From: Eledone cirrhosa
Taxonomy: Eukaryota
DNA: 64,000 nucleotides
NCBI GenBank assembly: GCA_964016885.1
Contig: OZ024740.1
Coordinates: 16,802,001 to 16,866,000, forward strand
Direction: 5' to 3'
Positions 1 to 15,000 of this stretch are shown here, piece after piece. The first letter of the stretch is position 1. Every line of letters begins with the position of its first letter. Below the pieces are notes generated by a model. That model worked only from the letters and a program-made list of their open reading frames with translations, did no database searches and was not told the origin of the DNA. Made by a program: the position numbers and the translations under genes.

Positions 1-3000
1 TGTGGCTTCTAGACAGAGCTTTGCAGGGAGACATCAGTGTAAATATGGTGGCTTCTGGACAGAGGTTTACAGGGAGACATCAGAGTAAGTATGGTGGCTT
101 CTAGACAGAGGTTTACAGGGAGACATCAGTGTAAATATGGTGGCATCTGGACAGATGTTTACAGGGAGACATCAGTGTAAATATGGTGGCTTCTAGACAG
201 AGCTTTGCAGGGAGACATCAGTGTAAATATGGTGGCTTCTGGACAGAGGTTTACAGGGAGACATCAGAGTAAATATGGTGGCTTCTAGACAGAGGTTTAC
301 AGGAAGACATCAGTGTAAATATGGTGGCATCTGGACAGAGGTTTACAGGGAGACATCAGTGTAAATATGGTGGCTTCTGGATAGAGCTTTACAGAGAGAC
401 ATTAGTGTAAATATGGTGGCTTCTAGACAGAGTTTTACAGGGAGATATCAGTGTAAATATGGTGGCTTCTGGACAGAGTTTACAAGGAGACATCAGTGTA
501 AATATGGTGGCTTCTAGAGAGAGCTTTACAGGGAGACATTAGTGTATATATATTGGCTTCTAGACAGAGCTTTACAGGGAGATATCAGAGTAAATATGGT
601 GCCTTCTGGACAGAGGTTTACAGGGAGACATCAGTGTAAATATGGTGGCTTCTAGACAGAGCTTTACAGGGAGATATCAGTGTAAATATGGTGGCTTCTG
701 GACAGAGGTTTACAAGGAGACATCAGTGTAAATATGGTGGCTTCTAGACAGAGCTTTACAGGGAGACATTAGTGTATATATATTGGCTTCTAGACAGAGT
801 TTACAGGGAGATATCATTGTAAATATGGTGGCTTCTAGGCAGAGCTTTACAGGGAGATATCAGAGTAAATATGGTGCCTTCTGGACAGAGGTTTACAGGG
901 AGACATCAGTGTAAATATGGTGGCTTCTGGATAGAGGTTTACAGGGAGACATCAGTGTAAATATGGTGGATTCTGGACAGAGGTTTACAGGGAGACATTA
1001 GTGTAAATATGCTGGCTTCTGGACAGAGATTTATAGGGAGACATCAGTGTTAATATGGTGGCTTCTGGACAGAGGTTTACAATGAGACATCAGTGTAAAT
1101 ATGGTGTCTTCTGGACAGAGCTTTACAGGGAGACATTAGTGTAAATATGGTGCCTTCTAGACAGAGCGTTACAGGGAGATATCAGAGTGAATATGGTGGC
1201 TTCTGGACAGAGGTTTACAGGGAGATATCAGTGTAAATATGGTGGCTTCTGGACAGAGCTTTACAGGGAGACATCAGTGTAAATATGGTGGCTTCTAGAA
1301 AGAGGTTTACAGGGAGACATCAGTGTAAATATAGTGGCTTCTAGACAGAAGTTTACAGGGAGACATCAGTGTAAATATGGTGGCTTCTAGACGGAGGTTT
1401 ACAGGGAGATATCAGTGTAAATATGGTGTCTTCTGGACAGAGGTTTCCAGGGAGATATCAGTGTAAATATGGTGTCTTCTGGACAGAGCTTTACAGGGAG
1501 ATATCAGAGTAAATATGGTGGCTTCTGGACAGAGCTTTACAGGGAGATATCAGAGTAAATATGGTGGCTTCTAGACAAAGCTTTACAGGGAGACATCAGT
1601 GTAAATATAGTGGCTTCTGGAGAGAAGATTACAGGGAGACATCAGTGTAAATATGGTGGCTTCTGGACAGAGGTTTACAGGGAGATATCAGTGTAAATAT
1701 GGTGGCTTCTAGACAGAGCTTTGCAGGGAGACATCAGTGTAAATATGGTGGCTTCTGGACAGAGGTTTACAGGGAGACATCACAGTAAATATGGTGGCTT
1801 CTAGACAGAGCTTTACAGGGAGACATCAGTGTAAATATGGTGGCTTGTAGACAGAGCTTTACAGGGAGACATCAGTGTAAATATGGTGTCTTCTGGACAG
1901 AGCTTTACAGGGAGACATTAGTGTAAATATGGTGGCTTCTAGACAGAGCTTTACAGGGAGATATCAGAGTAAATATGGTGGCTTCTGGACAGAGGTTTAC
2001 AGGGAGACATCAGTGTAAATATGGTGGCTTCTAGACAGAGGTTTACAGGGAGACATCAGTGTAAATATGGTGGCTTCTAGACGGAGGTTTACAGGGAGAT
2101 ATCAGTGTAAATATGGTGTCTTCTGGACAGAGGTTTACAGGGAGATATCAGAGTAAATATGGTGGCTTCTAGACAAAGCTTTACAGGGAGACATCAGTGT
2201 AAATATGGTGGCTTCTTGACAGAGGTTTACTGGGAGACATCAGTGTAAATATGGTGGTTTCTAGACAAAGCTTTACAGGGAAACATCAGTGTAAATATGG
2301 TGGCTTCTAGACAGAGCTTTACAGGGAGACATCAGTGTAAATATGGTGGCTTCTAGACAGAGCTTTACAGGGAGACATCAGTGTAAAAATGGTTGCTTCT
2401 GGACAGAGGTTTACAGGGAGTCATCAATGTAAATATGGTGGCTTCTGGACAGAAGTTTACAGGGAGACATCAGTGTAAATATGTTGGCTTCTAGACAGAG
2501 GTTTACAGGGAGACATCAGTGTAAATATGGTGGCTTCTGGATAGAGGTTTACAGGGAGACATCAGTGTAAATATGGTGGCTTCTGGAGAGAGGTTTACAG
2601 GGTGTCATCAGTTTGAATATGGTGGCTTCTGGACAGAGCTTTACAGGGAGATATCAGTGTAAATATGGTGGCTTCTGGACAGAGGTTTACAGGGAAACAT
2701 CAGTGTAAATATGGTGCGTCCTAGACAGGTTTACAGGGAGACATCTGTGTAAATATGGTGGCTTCTGGACAGAGGTTTACAGGGAGACATCAGTGTAAAT
2801 ATGGTAGCTTCTAGACAGGTTTACTGGGAAACATCAGTGTAAATATCGTGGCTTCTAGACAAAGCTTTACAGGGAGACATCAGTGTAAATATGATGGCTT
2901 CTAGACAGAGCTTTACAAGGAGACATCAGTGTAAATATGGTGGCTTCTAGACACAGCTTTACAGGGAGACATCAGTGTAAATATGGTGGCTTCTGGACAG

Positions 3001-6000
3001 AGGTTTACAGGGAGATATCAGTGTAAATATGGTGGCTTCTAGACAGAGCTTTACAGGGAGACATCAGTGTAAATATGGTGGCATCTGGACAGATGTTTAC
3101 AGGGAGACATCAGTGTAAATATGGTGGCTTCTAGACAGAGCTTTGCAGGGAGACATCAGTGTAAATATGGTGGCTCTGGACATAGGTTTACAGGGAGACA
3201 TCAGAGTAAATATGGTGGCTTCTAGACAGAGGTTTACAGGGAGACATCAGTGTAAATATGGTGGCTTCTAGACAGGTTTACTGGGAAACATCAGTGTAAA
3301 TATCGTGGCTTCTAGACAAAGCTTTACAGGGAGACATCAGTGTAAATATGATGGCTTCTAGACAGAGCTTTACAAGGAGACATCAGTGTAAATATGGTGG
3401 CTTCTAGACACAGCTTTACAGGGAGACATCAGTGTCAATATGGTGGCTTCTGGACAGAGGTTTACAGGGAGATATCAGTGTAAATATGGTGGCTTCTAGA
3501 CAGAGCTTTACAGGGAGACATCAGTGTAAATATGGTGGCTTCTAGACAGAGCTTTGCAGGGAGACATCAGTGTAAATATGGTGGCTCTGGACATAGGTTT
3601 ACAGGGAGACATCAGAGTAAATATGGTGGCTTCTAGAGAGAGGTTTACAGGAAGACATCAGTGTAAATATGGTGGCATCTGGACAGAGGTTTACAGGGAG
3701 ACATCAGTGTAAATATGGTGGCTTCTGGATAGAGCTTTACAGAGAGACATTAGTGTAAATATGGTGGCTTCTAGACAGAGCTTTACAGGGAGATATCAGA
3801 GTAAATATGGTGGCTTCTGGACAGAGGTTTACAGGGAGACATCAGTGTAAATATGGCGGCTTCTAGACAGAGGTTTACAGGGAGACATCAGTGTAAATAT
3901 GGTGGCTTCTTGACGGAGGTTTACAGGGAGATATCAGTGTAAATATGGCGTCTTCTGGACAGAGATTTACAGGGAGATATCAGAGTAAATATGGTGCCTT
4001 CTAGACAAAGCTTTACAGGGAGACATCAGTGTAAATATGGTGGCTTCTAGACAGAGGTTTACTGGGAGACATCAGTGTAAATATGGTGGCTTCTAGATAA
4101 AGCTTTACAGGGAGACATCAGTGTAAATATGGTGGCTTCTAGACAGAGCGTTACAGGGAGACATCAGTGTAAATATGGTGGCTTCTAGACAGAGCTTTAC
4201 AGGGAGACATCAGTGTAAAAATGGTTGCTTCTGGATAGAGGTTTACAGGGAGACATCAGTGTAAATATGATGGCTTCTGGACAGAAGTTTACAGGGAGAC
4301 ATCAGTGTAAATATGTTGGCTTCTAGACAGAGGTTTACAGGGAGACATCAGTGTAAATATGGTGGCTTCTGGATAGAGGTTTACAGGGAGACATCAGTGT
4401 AAATGTGATGGCATCTGGACAAAGGTTTACAGGGAGACATCAGTGTAAATATGGTGGCTTCTGGACAGAGGTTTACAGGGAGTCATCAGTGTGAATATGA
4501 TGGCTTCTGGACAGAGCTTTACAGGGAGATATCAGTGTAAATATGGTGGCTTCTGGACAGAGGTTTACAGGGAGACATCAGTGTAAATATGGTGGGTCCT
4601 AGACAGGTTTACAGGGAAACATCTGTGTAAATATGGTGGCTTCTGGACAGAGGTTTACAGGGAGACATCAGTGTAAATATGGTGGCTTCTAGACAGGTTT
4701 ACTGGGAAACATCAGTGTAAATATCGTGGCTTCTAGACAAAGCTTTACAGGGAGACATCAGTGTAAATATTATGGCTTCTAGACAGAGCTTTACAAGGAA
4801 ACATCAGTGTAAATATGGTGGCTTCTAGACAGAGCTTTACAGGGAGACATCAGTGTAAATATGGTGGCTTCTGTACAGAGGTTTACAGGGAGTCATCAGT
4901 GTAAATATGGTGGCTTCTAGACAAAGCTTTACAGGGAGACATCAGTGTAAATATGGTGGCTTCTAGACAGGTTTAATGGGAGACATCAGTGTAAATATCG
5001 TGGCTTCTAGACAAAGCTTTACAGGGAGACATCAGTGTAAATATCGTGGCTTCTAGACAGTGCTTTACAGGGAGACATCAGTGTAAATATGGTGGCTTCT
5101 AGACAGAGCTTTACAGGGAGACATCAGTGTAAATATGGTGGCTTCTAGACAGAGGTTTACAGGGAGACATCAGAGTAAATATGGTGGCTTCTAGACAGAG
5201 GTTTACTGGGAGACATCAGTGTAAATATGGTGGCATCTGGACAGATGTTTACAGGGAGACATCAGTGTAAATATGGTGGCTTCTAGACAGAGCTTTGCAG
5301 GGAGACATCAGCGTAAATATGGTGGCTTCTGGACAGAGGTTTACAGGGAGACATCAGAGTAAATATGGTGGTTTCTAGACAGAGGTTTACAGGAAGACAT
5401 CAGTGTAAATATGGTGGCATCTGGACAGAGGTTTACAGGGAGGCATCAGTGTAAATATGGTGGCTTCTGGATAGAGCTTTACAGAGAGACCTTAGTGTAA
5501 ATATGGTGGCTTCTAGACAGAGGTTTACTGGGAGACATCAGTGTAAATATGGTGGTTTCTAGACAAAGCTTTACAGGGAGACATCAGTGTAAATATGGTG
5601 GCTTCTAGACAGAGCTTTACAGGGAGACATCAGTGTAAATATGGTGGCTTCTAGACAGAGCTTTACAGGGAGACATCAGTGTAAAAATGGTTGCTTCTGG
5701 ACAGAGGTTTACAGGGAGTCATCAATGTAAATATGGTGGCTTCTGGACAGAAGTTTACAGGGAGACATCAGTGTAAATATGTTGGCTTCTAGACAGAGGT
5801 TTACAGGGAGACATCAGTGTAAATATGGTGGCTTCTGGATAGAGGTTTACAGGCAGACATCAGTGTAAATATGGTGGCTTCTGGAGAGAGGTTTACAGGG
5901 TGTCATCAGTGTGAATATGGTGGCTTCTGGACAGAGCTTTACAGGGAGATATCAGTGTAAATATGGTGGCTTCTGGACAGAGGTTTACAGGGAAACATCA

Positions 6001-9000
6001 GTGTAAATATGGTGCGTCCTAGACAGGTTTACAGGGAGATATCTGTGTAAATATGGTGGCTTCTGGACAGAGGTTTACAGGGAGACATCAGTGTAAATAT
6101 GGTAGCTTCTAGACAGGTTTACTGGGAAACATCAGTGTAAATATCGTAGCTTCTAGACAAAGCTTTACAGGGAGACATCAGTGTAAATATGATGGCTTCT
6201 AGACAGAGCTTTACAAGGAGACATCCGTGTAAATATGGTGGCTTCTAGACACAGCTTTACAGGGAGACATCAGTGTAAATATGGTGGCTTCTGGACAGAG
6301 GTTTACATGGAGATATCAGTGTAAATATGGTGGCTTCTAGACAGAGCTTTACAGGGAGACATCAGTGTAAATATGGTGGCATCTGGACACATGTTTACAG
6401 GGAGACATCAGTGTAAATATGGTGGCTTCTAGACAGAGCTTTGCAGGGAGACATCAGTATAAATATGGTGGCTCTGGACATAGGTTTACAGGGAGACATC
6501 AGAGTAAATATGGTGGCTTCTAGACAGAGGTTTACAGGGAGACATCAGTGTAAATATGGTGGCTTCTAGACAGGTTTACTGGGAAACATCAGTGTAAATA
6601 TCGTGGCTTCTAGACAAAGCTTTACAGGGAGACATCAGTGTAAATATGATGGCTTCTAGACAGAGCTTTACAAGGAGACATCAGTGTAAATATGGTGGCT
6701 TCTAGACACAGCTTTACAGGGAGACATCAGTGTAAATATGGTGGCTTCTGGACAGAGGTTTACAGGGAGATATCAGTGTAAATATGGTGGCTTCTAGACA
6801 GAGCTTTACAGGGAGACATCAGTGTAAATATGGTGGCTTCTAGACAGAGCTTTGCAGGGAGACATCAGTGTAAATATGGTGGCTCTGGACATAGGTTTAC
6901 AGGGAGACATCAGAGTAAAGATGGTGGCTTCTAGAGAGAGGTTTACAGGAAGACATCAGTGTAAATATGGTGGCATCTGGACAGAGGTTTACAGGGAGAC
7001 ATCAGTGTAAATATGGTGGCTTCTGGATAGAGCTTTACAGAGAGACATTAGTGTAAATATGGTGGCTTCTAGACAGAGCTTTACAGGGAGATATCAGAGT
7101 AAATATGGTGGCTTCTGGACAGAGGTTTACAGGGAGACATCAGTGTAAATATGGTGGCTTCTAGACAGAGGTTTACAGGGAGACATCAGTGTAAATATGG
7201 TGGCTTCTTGACGGAGGTTTACAGGGAGATATCAGTGTAAATATGGTGTCTTCTGGACAGAGATTTACAGGGAGATATCAGAGTAAATATGGTGGCTTCT
7301 AGACAAAGCTTTACAGGGAGACATCAGTGTAAATATGGTGGCTTCTAGACAGAGGTTTACTGGGAGACATCAGTGTAAATATGGTGGCTTCTAGACAAAG
7401 CTTTACAGGGAGACATCAGTGTAAATATGGTGGCTTCTAGACAGAGCGTTACAGGGAGACATCAGTGTAAATATGGTGGCTTCTAGACAGAGCTTTACAG
7501 GGAGACATCAGTGTAAAAATGGTTGCTTCTGGATAGAGGTTTACAGGGAGACATCAGTGTAAATATGGTGGCTTCTGGACAGAAGTTTACAGGGAGACAT
7601 CAGTGTAAATATGTTGGCTTCTAGACAGAGGTTTACAGGGAGACATCAGTGTAAATATGGTGGCTTCTGGATAGAGGTTTACAGGGAGACATCAGTGTAA
7701 ATGTGATGGCATCTGGACAAAGGTTTACAGGGAGACATCAGTGTAAAAATGGTGGCTTCTGGACAGAGGTTTACAGGGATATATCAGTGTAAATATGGTG
7801 ACTTTTAGTCAGAGCTTTGCAGGGAGACATCAGTGTAAATATGGTGGCTTCTGGAAAGAGGTTTACAGGGAGACATCAGAGTAAATATGGTGGCTTCTAG
7901 ACAGAGCTTTGCAGGGAGACATCAGTGTAAATATGGTGGCTTCTGGACAGAGGTTTACAGGGAGACATCAGAGTAAATATGGTGGCTTCTTGACAGAGGT
8001 TTAGAGGGAGACATCAGTGTAAATATGGTGGCATCTGGACAGAGGTTTACAGGGAGACATCAGTGTAAATATGGTTGCTTCTAGACAGAGGTTTACAGGA
8101 GACATCAGTGTAAATATGGTGGCTTCTGGACAGAGGTTTACAGGGAGACATCAGTGTAAAAATGGTGGCTTCTGGACAGAGGTTTACAGGGAGACATCAG
8201 TGTAAATATGGTGGCTCCTGGATAGAGCTTCACAGAGAGACATTAGTTTAAATATGATGGCTTCTGGAAAGAGGTTTACGGGGAGACATCAGAGTAAATA
8301 TGGTGGCTTCTAGACAGAGGTTTACAGGGAGAGATCAGTGTAAATATGGTGGCATCTGGACAGATGTTTACAGGGAGACATCAGTGTAAATATGGTGGCT
8401 CCTGGATAGAGCTTTACAGAGAGACATTAGTGTAAATATGGTGGCTTCTAGACAGAGCTTTACAGGGAGATATCAGAGTAAATATAGTGGCTTCTGGACA
8501 GAGGTTTACAGGGAGACATCAGTGTAAATATGGTTGCTTCTAGACAGAGGTTTACAGGGAGACATCAGTGTAAATATGGTGGCTTCTGGACAGAGGTTTA
8601 CAGGGAGACATCAGTGTAAAAATGGTGGCTTCTGGACAGAGGTTTACAGGGAGATATCAGTGTAAATATGGTGGCTTCTAGTCAGAGCTTTGCAGGGAGA
8701 CATCAGTGTAAATATGGTGGCTTCTGGAAAGAGGTTTACAGGGAGACATCAGAGTAAATATGGTGGCTTCTAGACAGAGCTTTGCAGGGAGACATCAGTG
8801 TAAATATGGTGGCTTCTGGACAGAGGTTTACAGGGAGACATCAGAGTAAATATGGTGGCTTCTGGATAGAGATTTACAGAGAGATATTAGTGTAAATATG
8901 GTGGCTTCTAGACAGAGCTTTACAGGGAGATATCAGAGTAAATATGGTGCCTTCTGGACAGAGCTTTACAGGGAGACATTAGTGTATATATATTGGCTTC

Positions 9001-12000
9001 TAGACACAGCTTTACAGGGAGATATCAGTGTAAATATGGTGGCTTCTAGACCAAGCTTTACAGGGAGATATCAGAGTAAATATGGTGCCTTCTGGACAGA
9101 GGTTTACAGGGAGACATCAGTCTAAATATGGTGGCTTCTAGACGGAGGTTTACAGGGAGACATCAGTGTAAATATGGTGGCTTCTGGATAGAGGTTTACA
9201 GGGAGACATCAGTGTAAATATGGTGGCTTCTGGACAGAGGTTTACAGGGAGACATTAGTGTAATATGGTGGCTTCTGAACATAGGTTTATAGGGAAATAT
9301 CAGTGTTACTATGGTGGCTTCTGGACAGAGGTTTAGAGGGAGACATCAGCGTAAATGTGGTGGCATCTGGACAGAAGTTTACAAGGAGACATCAGTGTAA
9401 ATATGGTGTCTTCTGGACAGAGGTTTACAGGGAGACATCAGTGTAAATATGGTGGCTTCTAGACAGAGGTTTACAGGGAGACATCAGTGTAAATATGGTG
9501 GCTTCTAGACAGACATAAGTGTAAATATGGTGGCTTCTAGACAGAGCTTTACAGGGAGACATCAGTGTAAATATGGTGGCTTCTAGACAGAGGTTTACTG
9601 GGAGACATCAGTGTAAATATGGTGGCTTCTAGACAGACATCAGTGTAAATATGGTGGCTTCTAGACAGAGCTTTACAGGGAGACATCAGTGTAAATATGG
9701 TTGCTTCTAGACAGAGGTTTACAGGGAGACATCAGTGTGAATATGGTGGCTTCTGGACAGAGGTTTACAGGGAGACATCTGTGTAAAAATGGTGGCTTCT
9801 GGACAAAGGTTTACAGGGAGACATCAGTGTAAATATGGTGGCTTCTGGACAGAGGTTTACAGGGACACATCAGTGTAAATATGTTGGCTTCTAGACAGAG
9901 GTTTACAGGGAGACATCAGTGTAAATATGGTGGCTTCTGGATAGAGCTTTACAGGGAGACATCTGTGTAAATATGGTGGCTTCTGGACAGAGGTTTACAG
10001 GGAGACATCAGTGTAAATATGGTGGCTTCTGGACAGAGGTTTACAGGGAGATATCAATGTAAATATGGTGGCTTCTGGACAGAGGTTTACAGGGAGACAT
10101 CAGTGTAAATATGGTGGCTTCTAGACAGAGCTTTACAGGGAGATATCAGAGTAAATATGGTGGCTTCTAGAGAAAGTTTTAAAGGGAGACATCAGTGTAA
10201 ATATGGTGGCTTCTAGACAGATTTACTGGGAGACATCAGTGTAAATATGGTGGCTTCTAGACAAAGCTTTACAGGAAGACATCAGTGTAAATATGGTGGC
10301 TTCTTGACAGAGCTTTACAGGGAGACATCAGTGTAAATATGGTGGCTTCTGGACAGCGGTTTACAGGTAGACATCAGTGTAAATATGGTGGCTTCTGGAC
10401 AGAGGTTTATAGTGAGATATCAGTGTTAATATGGTGGCTTCTGGACAGAGGTTTACAGGAAGACATCAGTGTAAATATGGTGTCTTCTGGACAGAACTTT
10501 ACAGGGAGACATTAGTGTAAATATGGTGGCTTCTAGACAGAGCTTTACAGGGAGATATCAGAGTAAATATAGTGGCTTCTGGACAGAGGTTTACAGGGAG
10601 ACATCAGTGTAAATATGGTTGCTTCTAGACAGAGGTTTACAGGGAGACATCAGTGTAAATATGGTGGCTTCTGGACAGAGGTTTACAGGGAGACATCAGT
10701 GTAAAAATGGTGGCTTCTGGACAGAGGTTTACAGGGATATATCAGTGTAAATATGGTGGCTTCTAGTCAGAGCTTTGCAGGGAGACATCAGTGTAAATAT
10801 GATGGCTTCTGGAAAGAGGTTTACAGGGAGACATCAGAGTAAATATGGTGGCTTCTAGACAGAGCTTTGCAGGGAGACATCAGTGTAAATATGGTGGCTT
10901 CTGGACAGAGGTTTACAGGGAGACATCAGAGTATATATGGTGGCTTCTTGACAGAGGTTTAGAGGGAGACATCAGTGTAAATATGGTGGCATCTGGACAG
11001 AGGTTTACAGGGAGACATCAGTGTAAATATGGTGGCTTCTGGATAGAGATTTACAGAGGGATATTAGTGTAAATATGGTGGCTTCTAGACAGAGCTTTAC
11101 AGGGAGATATCAGAGTAAATATAGTGGCTTCTGGACAGAGGTTTACAGGCAGACATTAGTGTATATATATTGGCTTCTAGACACAGCTTTACAGGGAGAT
11201 ATCAGTGTAAATATGGTGGCTTCTAGACCAAGCTTTACAGGGAGATATCGAGTAAATATGGTGCCTTCTGGACAGAGGTTTACAGGGAGACATCAGTCTA
11301 AATATGGTGGCTTCTAGACGGAGGTTTACAGGGAGACATCAGTGTAAATATGGTGGCTTCTGGATAGAGGTTTACAGGGAGACATCAGTGTAAATATGGT
11401 GGCTTCTGGACAGAGGTTTACAGGGAGACATTAGTGTAATATGGTGGCTTCTGTACATAGGTTTATAGGGAAATATCAGTGTTAATATGGTGGCTTCTGG
11501 ACAGAGGTTTAGAGGGAGACATCAGAGTAAATGTGGTGGCATCTGGACAGAAGTTTACAAGGAGACATCAGTGTAAATATGGTGTCTTCTGGACAGAGGT
11601 TTACAGGGAGACATCAGTGTAAATATGGTGGCTTCTAGACAGAGGTTTACAGGGAGACATCAGTGTAAATATGGTGGCTTCTAGACGGAGGTTTACAGGG
11701 AGATATCAGTGTAAATATGGTGTATTCTGGACAGAGGTTTACAGGGAGATATTAGTGTAAATATGGTGTCTTCTGGACAGAGCTTTACAGGGAGATATCA
11801 GAGTAGATATGGTGGCTTCTAGACAAAGCTTTACAGGGAGACATCAGTGTAAATATGGTGGCTTCTAGACAGAGGTTTACTGGGAGACATCAGTGTAAAT
11901 ATGGTGGCTTCTAGACAGACATCAGTGTAAATATGGTGGCTTCTAGACAGAGCTTTACAGGGAGACATCAGTGTAAATATGGTTGCTTCTAGACAGAGGT

Positions 12001-15000
12001 TTACAGGGAGACATCAGTGTGAATATGGTGGCTTCTGGACAGAGGTTTACAGGGAGACATCAGTGTAAAAATGGTGGCTTCTGGACAAAGGTTTACAGGG
12101 AGACATCAGTGTAAATATGGTGGCTTCTGGACAGAGGTTTACAGGGACACATCAGTGTAAATATCTTGGCTTCTAGACAGAGGTTTACAGGGAGACATCA
12201 GTGTAAATATGGTGGCTTCTGGATAGAGCTTTACAGGGAGACATCTGTGTAAATATGGTGGCTTCTGGACAGAGGTTTACAGGGAGACATCAGTGTAAAT
12301 ATGGTGGCTTCTGGACAGAGGTTTACAGGGAGATATCAATGTAAATATGGTGGCTTCTGGACAGAGGTTTACAGGGAGACATCAGTGTAAATATGGTGGC
12401 TTCTAGACAGAGCTTTACAGGGAGATATCAGAGTAAATATGGTGGCTTCTAGAGAAAGTTTTAAAGGGAGACATCAGTGTATATATGGTGGCTTCTAGAC
12501 AGGTTTACTGGGAGACATCAGTGTAAATATGGTGGCTTCTAGACAAAGCTTTACAGGGAGACATCAGCATAAATATGGTGGCTTCTAGACAAAGCTTTAC
12601 AGGAAGACATCAGTGTAAATATGGTGGCTTCTTGACAGAGCTTTACAGGGAGACATCAGTGTAAATATGGTGGCTTCTGGACAGCGGTTTACAGGTAGAC
12701 ATCAGTGTAAATATGGTGGCTTCTGGACAGAGGTTTATAGTGAGATATCAGTGTTAATATGGTGGCTTCTGGACAGAGGTTTACAGGAAGACATCAGTGT
12801 AAATATGGTGTCTTCTGGACAGAACTTTACAGGGAGACATTAGTGTAAATATGGTGGCTTCTAAACAGAGCTTTACAGGGAGATAGCAGAGTAAATATGG
12901 TGGCTTCTGGACAGAGGTTTACAGGGAGATATCAGTGTAAATATGGTGGCTTCTAGTCAGAGGTTTACAGGGAGACATCAGTGTAAATATAGTGGCTTCT
13001 AGACAGAGGTTTACAGGGAGACATCAGTGTAAATATGGTGGCTTCTAGACGGAGGTTTACAGGGAGATATCAGTGTAAATATGGTGTCTTCTGGACAGAG
13101 GTTTACAGGGAGATATTAGTGTAAATATGGTGTCTTCTGGACATAGGTTTTATAGGGAGATATCAGTGTTAATATGGTGGCTTCTGGATAGAGGTTTACA
13201 GGGAGACATCAGCGTAAATGTGGTGGCTTCTGGACAGATATTTACAAGGAGACATCAGTGTAAATATGGTGTCTTCTGGACAGAGCTTTACAGGGAGACA
13301 TTAGTGTAAATATGCTGGCTTCTAGACAGAGCTTTACAGGGAGATATCAGAGTAAATATGGTGGCTTCTGGACAGAGGTTTACAGGGAGATATCAGTGTA
13401 AATATGGTGGCTGCTGGACAGAGGTTTACAGGGAGACATCAGTGTAAATATGGTTGCTTCTAGACAGAGGTTTACAGGGAGACATCAGTGTAAATATGGT
13501 GGCTTCTAGACAGAGGTTTACAGGAACACATCAGTGTAAATATGGTGGCTTCTAGACAGAGCTTTACAGGGAGATATCAGTGTAAATATGGTGGCTTCTG
13601 GACAGAGGTTTACAAGGAGACATCAGTGCAAATATGGTGGCTTCTGGACAGAGCTTTACAGGGAGACATTAGTGTATATATATTGGCTTCTAGACAGAGC
13701 TTTACAGGGAGATATCAGTGTAAATATGCTGGCTTCTAGACCAAGCTTTACAGGGAGATATCATATTAAATATGGTGCCTTCTGGACAGAGGTATACAGG
13801 GAGACATCAGTGTAAATATGGTGGCTTCTAGACGGATGTTTACAGGGAGACATCAGTGTAAATATGGTGGCTTCTGGATAGAGGTTTACAGGGAGACATC
13901 AGTGTAAATATGGTGGCATCTGGACAGAAGTTTACAAGGAGACATCAGTGTAAATATGGTGTCTTCTGGACAGAGCTTTACAGGGAGACATTAGTGTAAA
14001 TATGCTGGCTTCTAGACAGAGCTTTACAGGGAGATATCAGAGTAAATATGGTGGCTTCTGGACAAAGGTTTACAGGGAGATATCAGTGTAAATATGGTGG
14101 CTTCTGGACAGAGGTTTACAGGGAGACATCAGTGTAAATATGGTGGCTTCTAGACAGAGGTTTACAGGGAGACATCAGTGTAAATATCGTGGCTTCTAGA
14201 CAGAGGTTTACAGGGAGACATCAGTGTAAATATAGTGGCTTCTAGACGGAGATTTACAGGGAGATATCAGTGTAAATATGGTGTCTTCTGGACAGAGGTT
14301 TACAGGGAGATATTAGTGTAAATATGGTGTCTTCTGGACAGAGCTTTACAGGGAGATATCTGAGTTAATATGGTGGCTTCTAGACAAAGCTTTACAGGGA
14401 GATATCAGAGTAAATATGGTGGCTTCTGGACAGAGGTTTACAGGGAGATATCAGTGTAAATATGGTGGCTTCTAGTCAGAGGTTTACAGGGAGACATCAG
14501 TGTAAATATAGTGGCTTCTAGACAGAGGTTTACAGGGAGACATCAGTGTAAATATGGTGGCTTCTAGACGGAGGTTTACAGGGAGATATCAGTGTAAATA
14601 TAGTGTCTTCTGGACAGAGGTTTACAGGGAGATATTAGTGTAAATATGGTGTCTTCTGGACATAGGTTTTATAGGGAGATATCAGTGTTAATATGGTGGC
14701 TTCTGGACAGAGGTTTACAGGGAGACATCAGCGTAAATGTGGTGGCTTCTGCACAGATATTTACAAGGAGACATCAGTGTAAATATGGTGTCTTCTGGAC
14801 AGAGCTTTACAGGGAGACATTAGTGTAAATATGCTGGCTTCTAGACAGAGCTTTACAGGGAGATATCAGAGTAAATATGGTGGCTTCTGGACAGAGGTTT
14901 ACAGGGAGATATCAGTGTAAATATGGTGGCTTCTGGACAGAGGTTTACAGGGAGACATCAGTGTAAATATGGTGGCTTCTAGACAGAGGTTTACAGGGAG

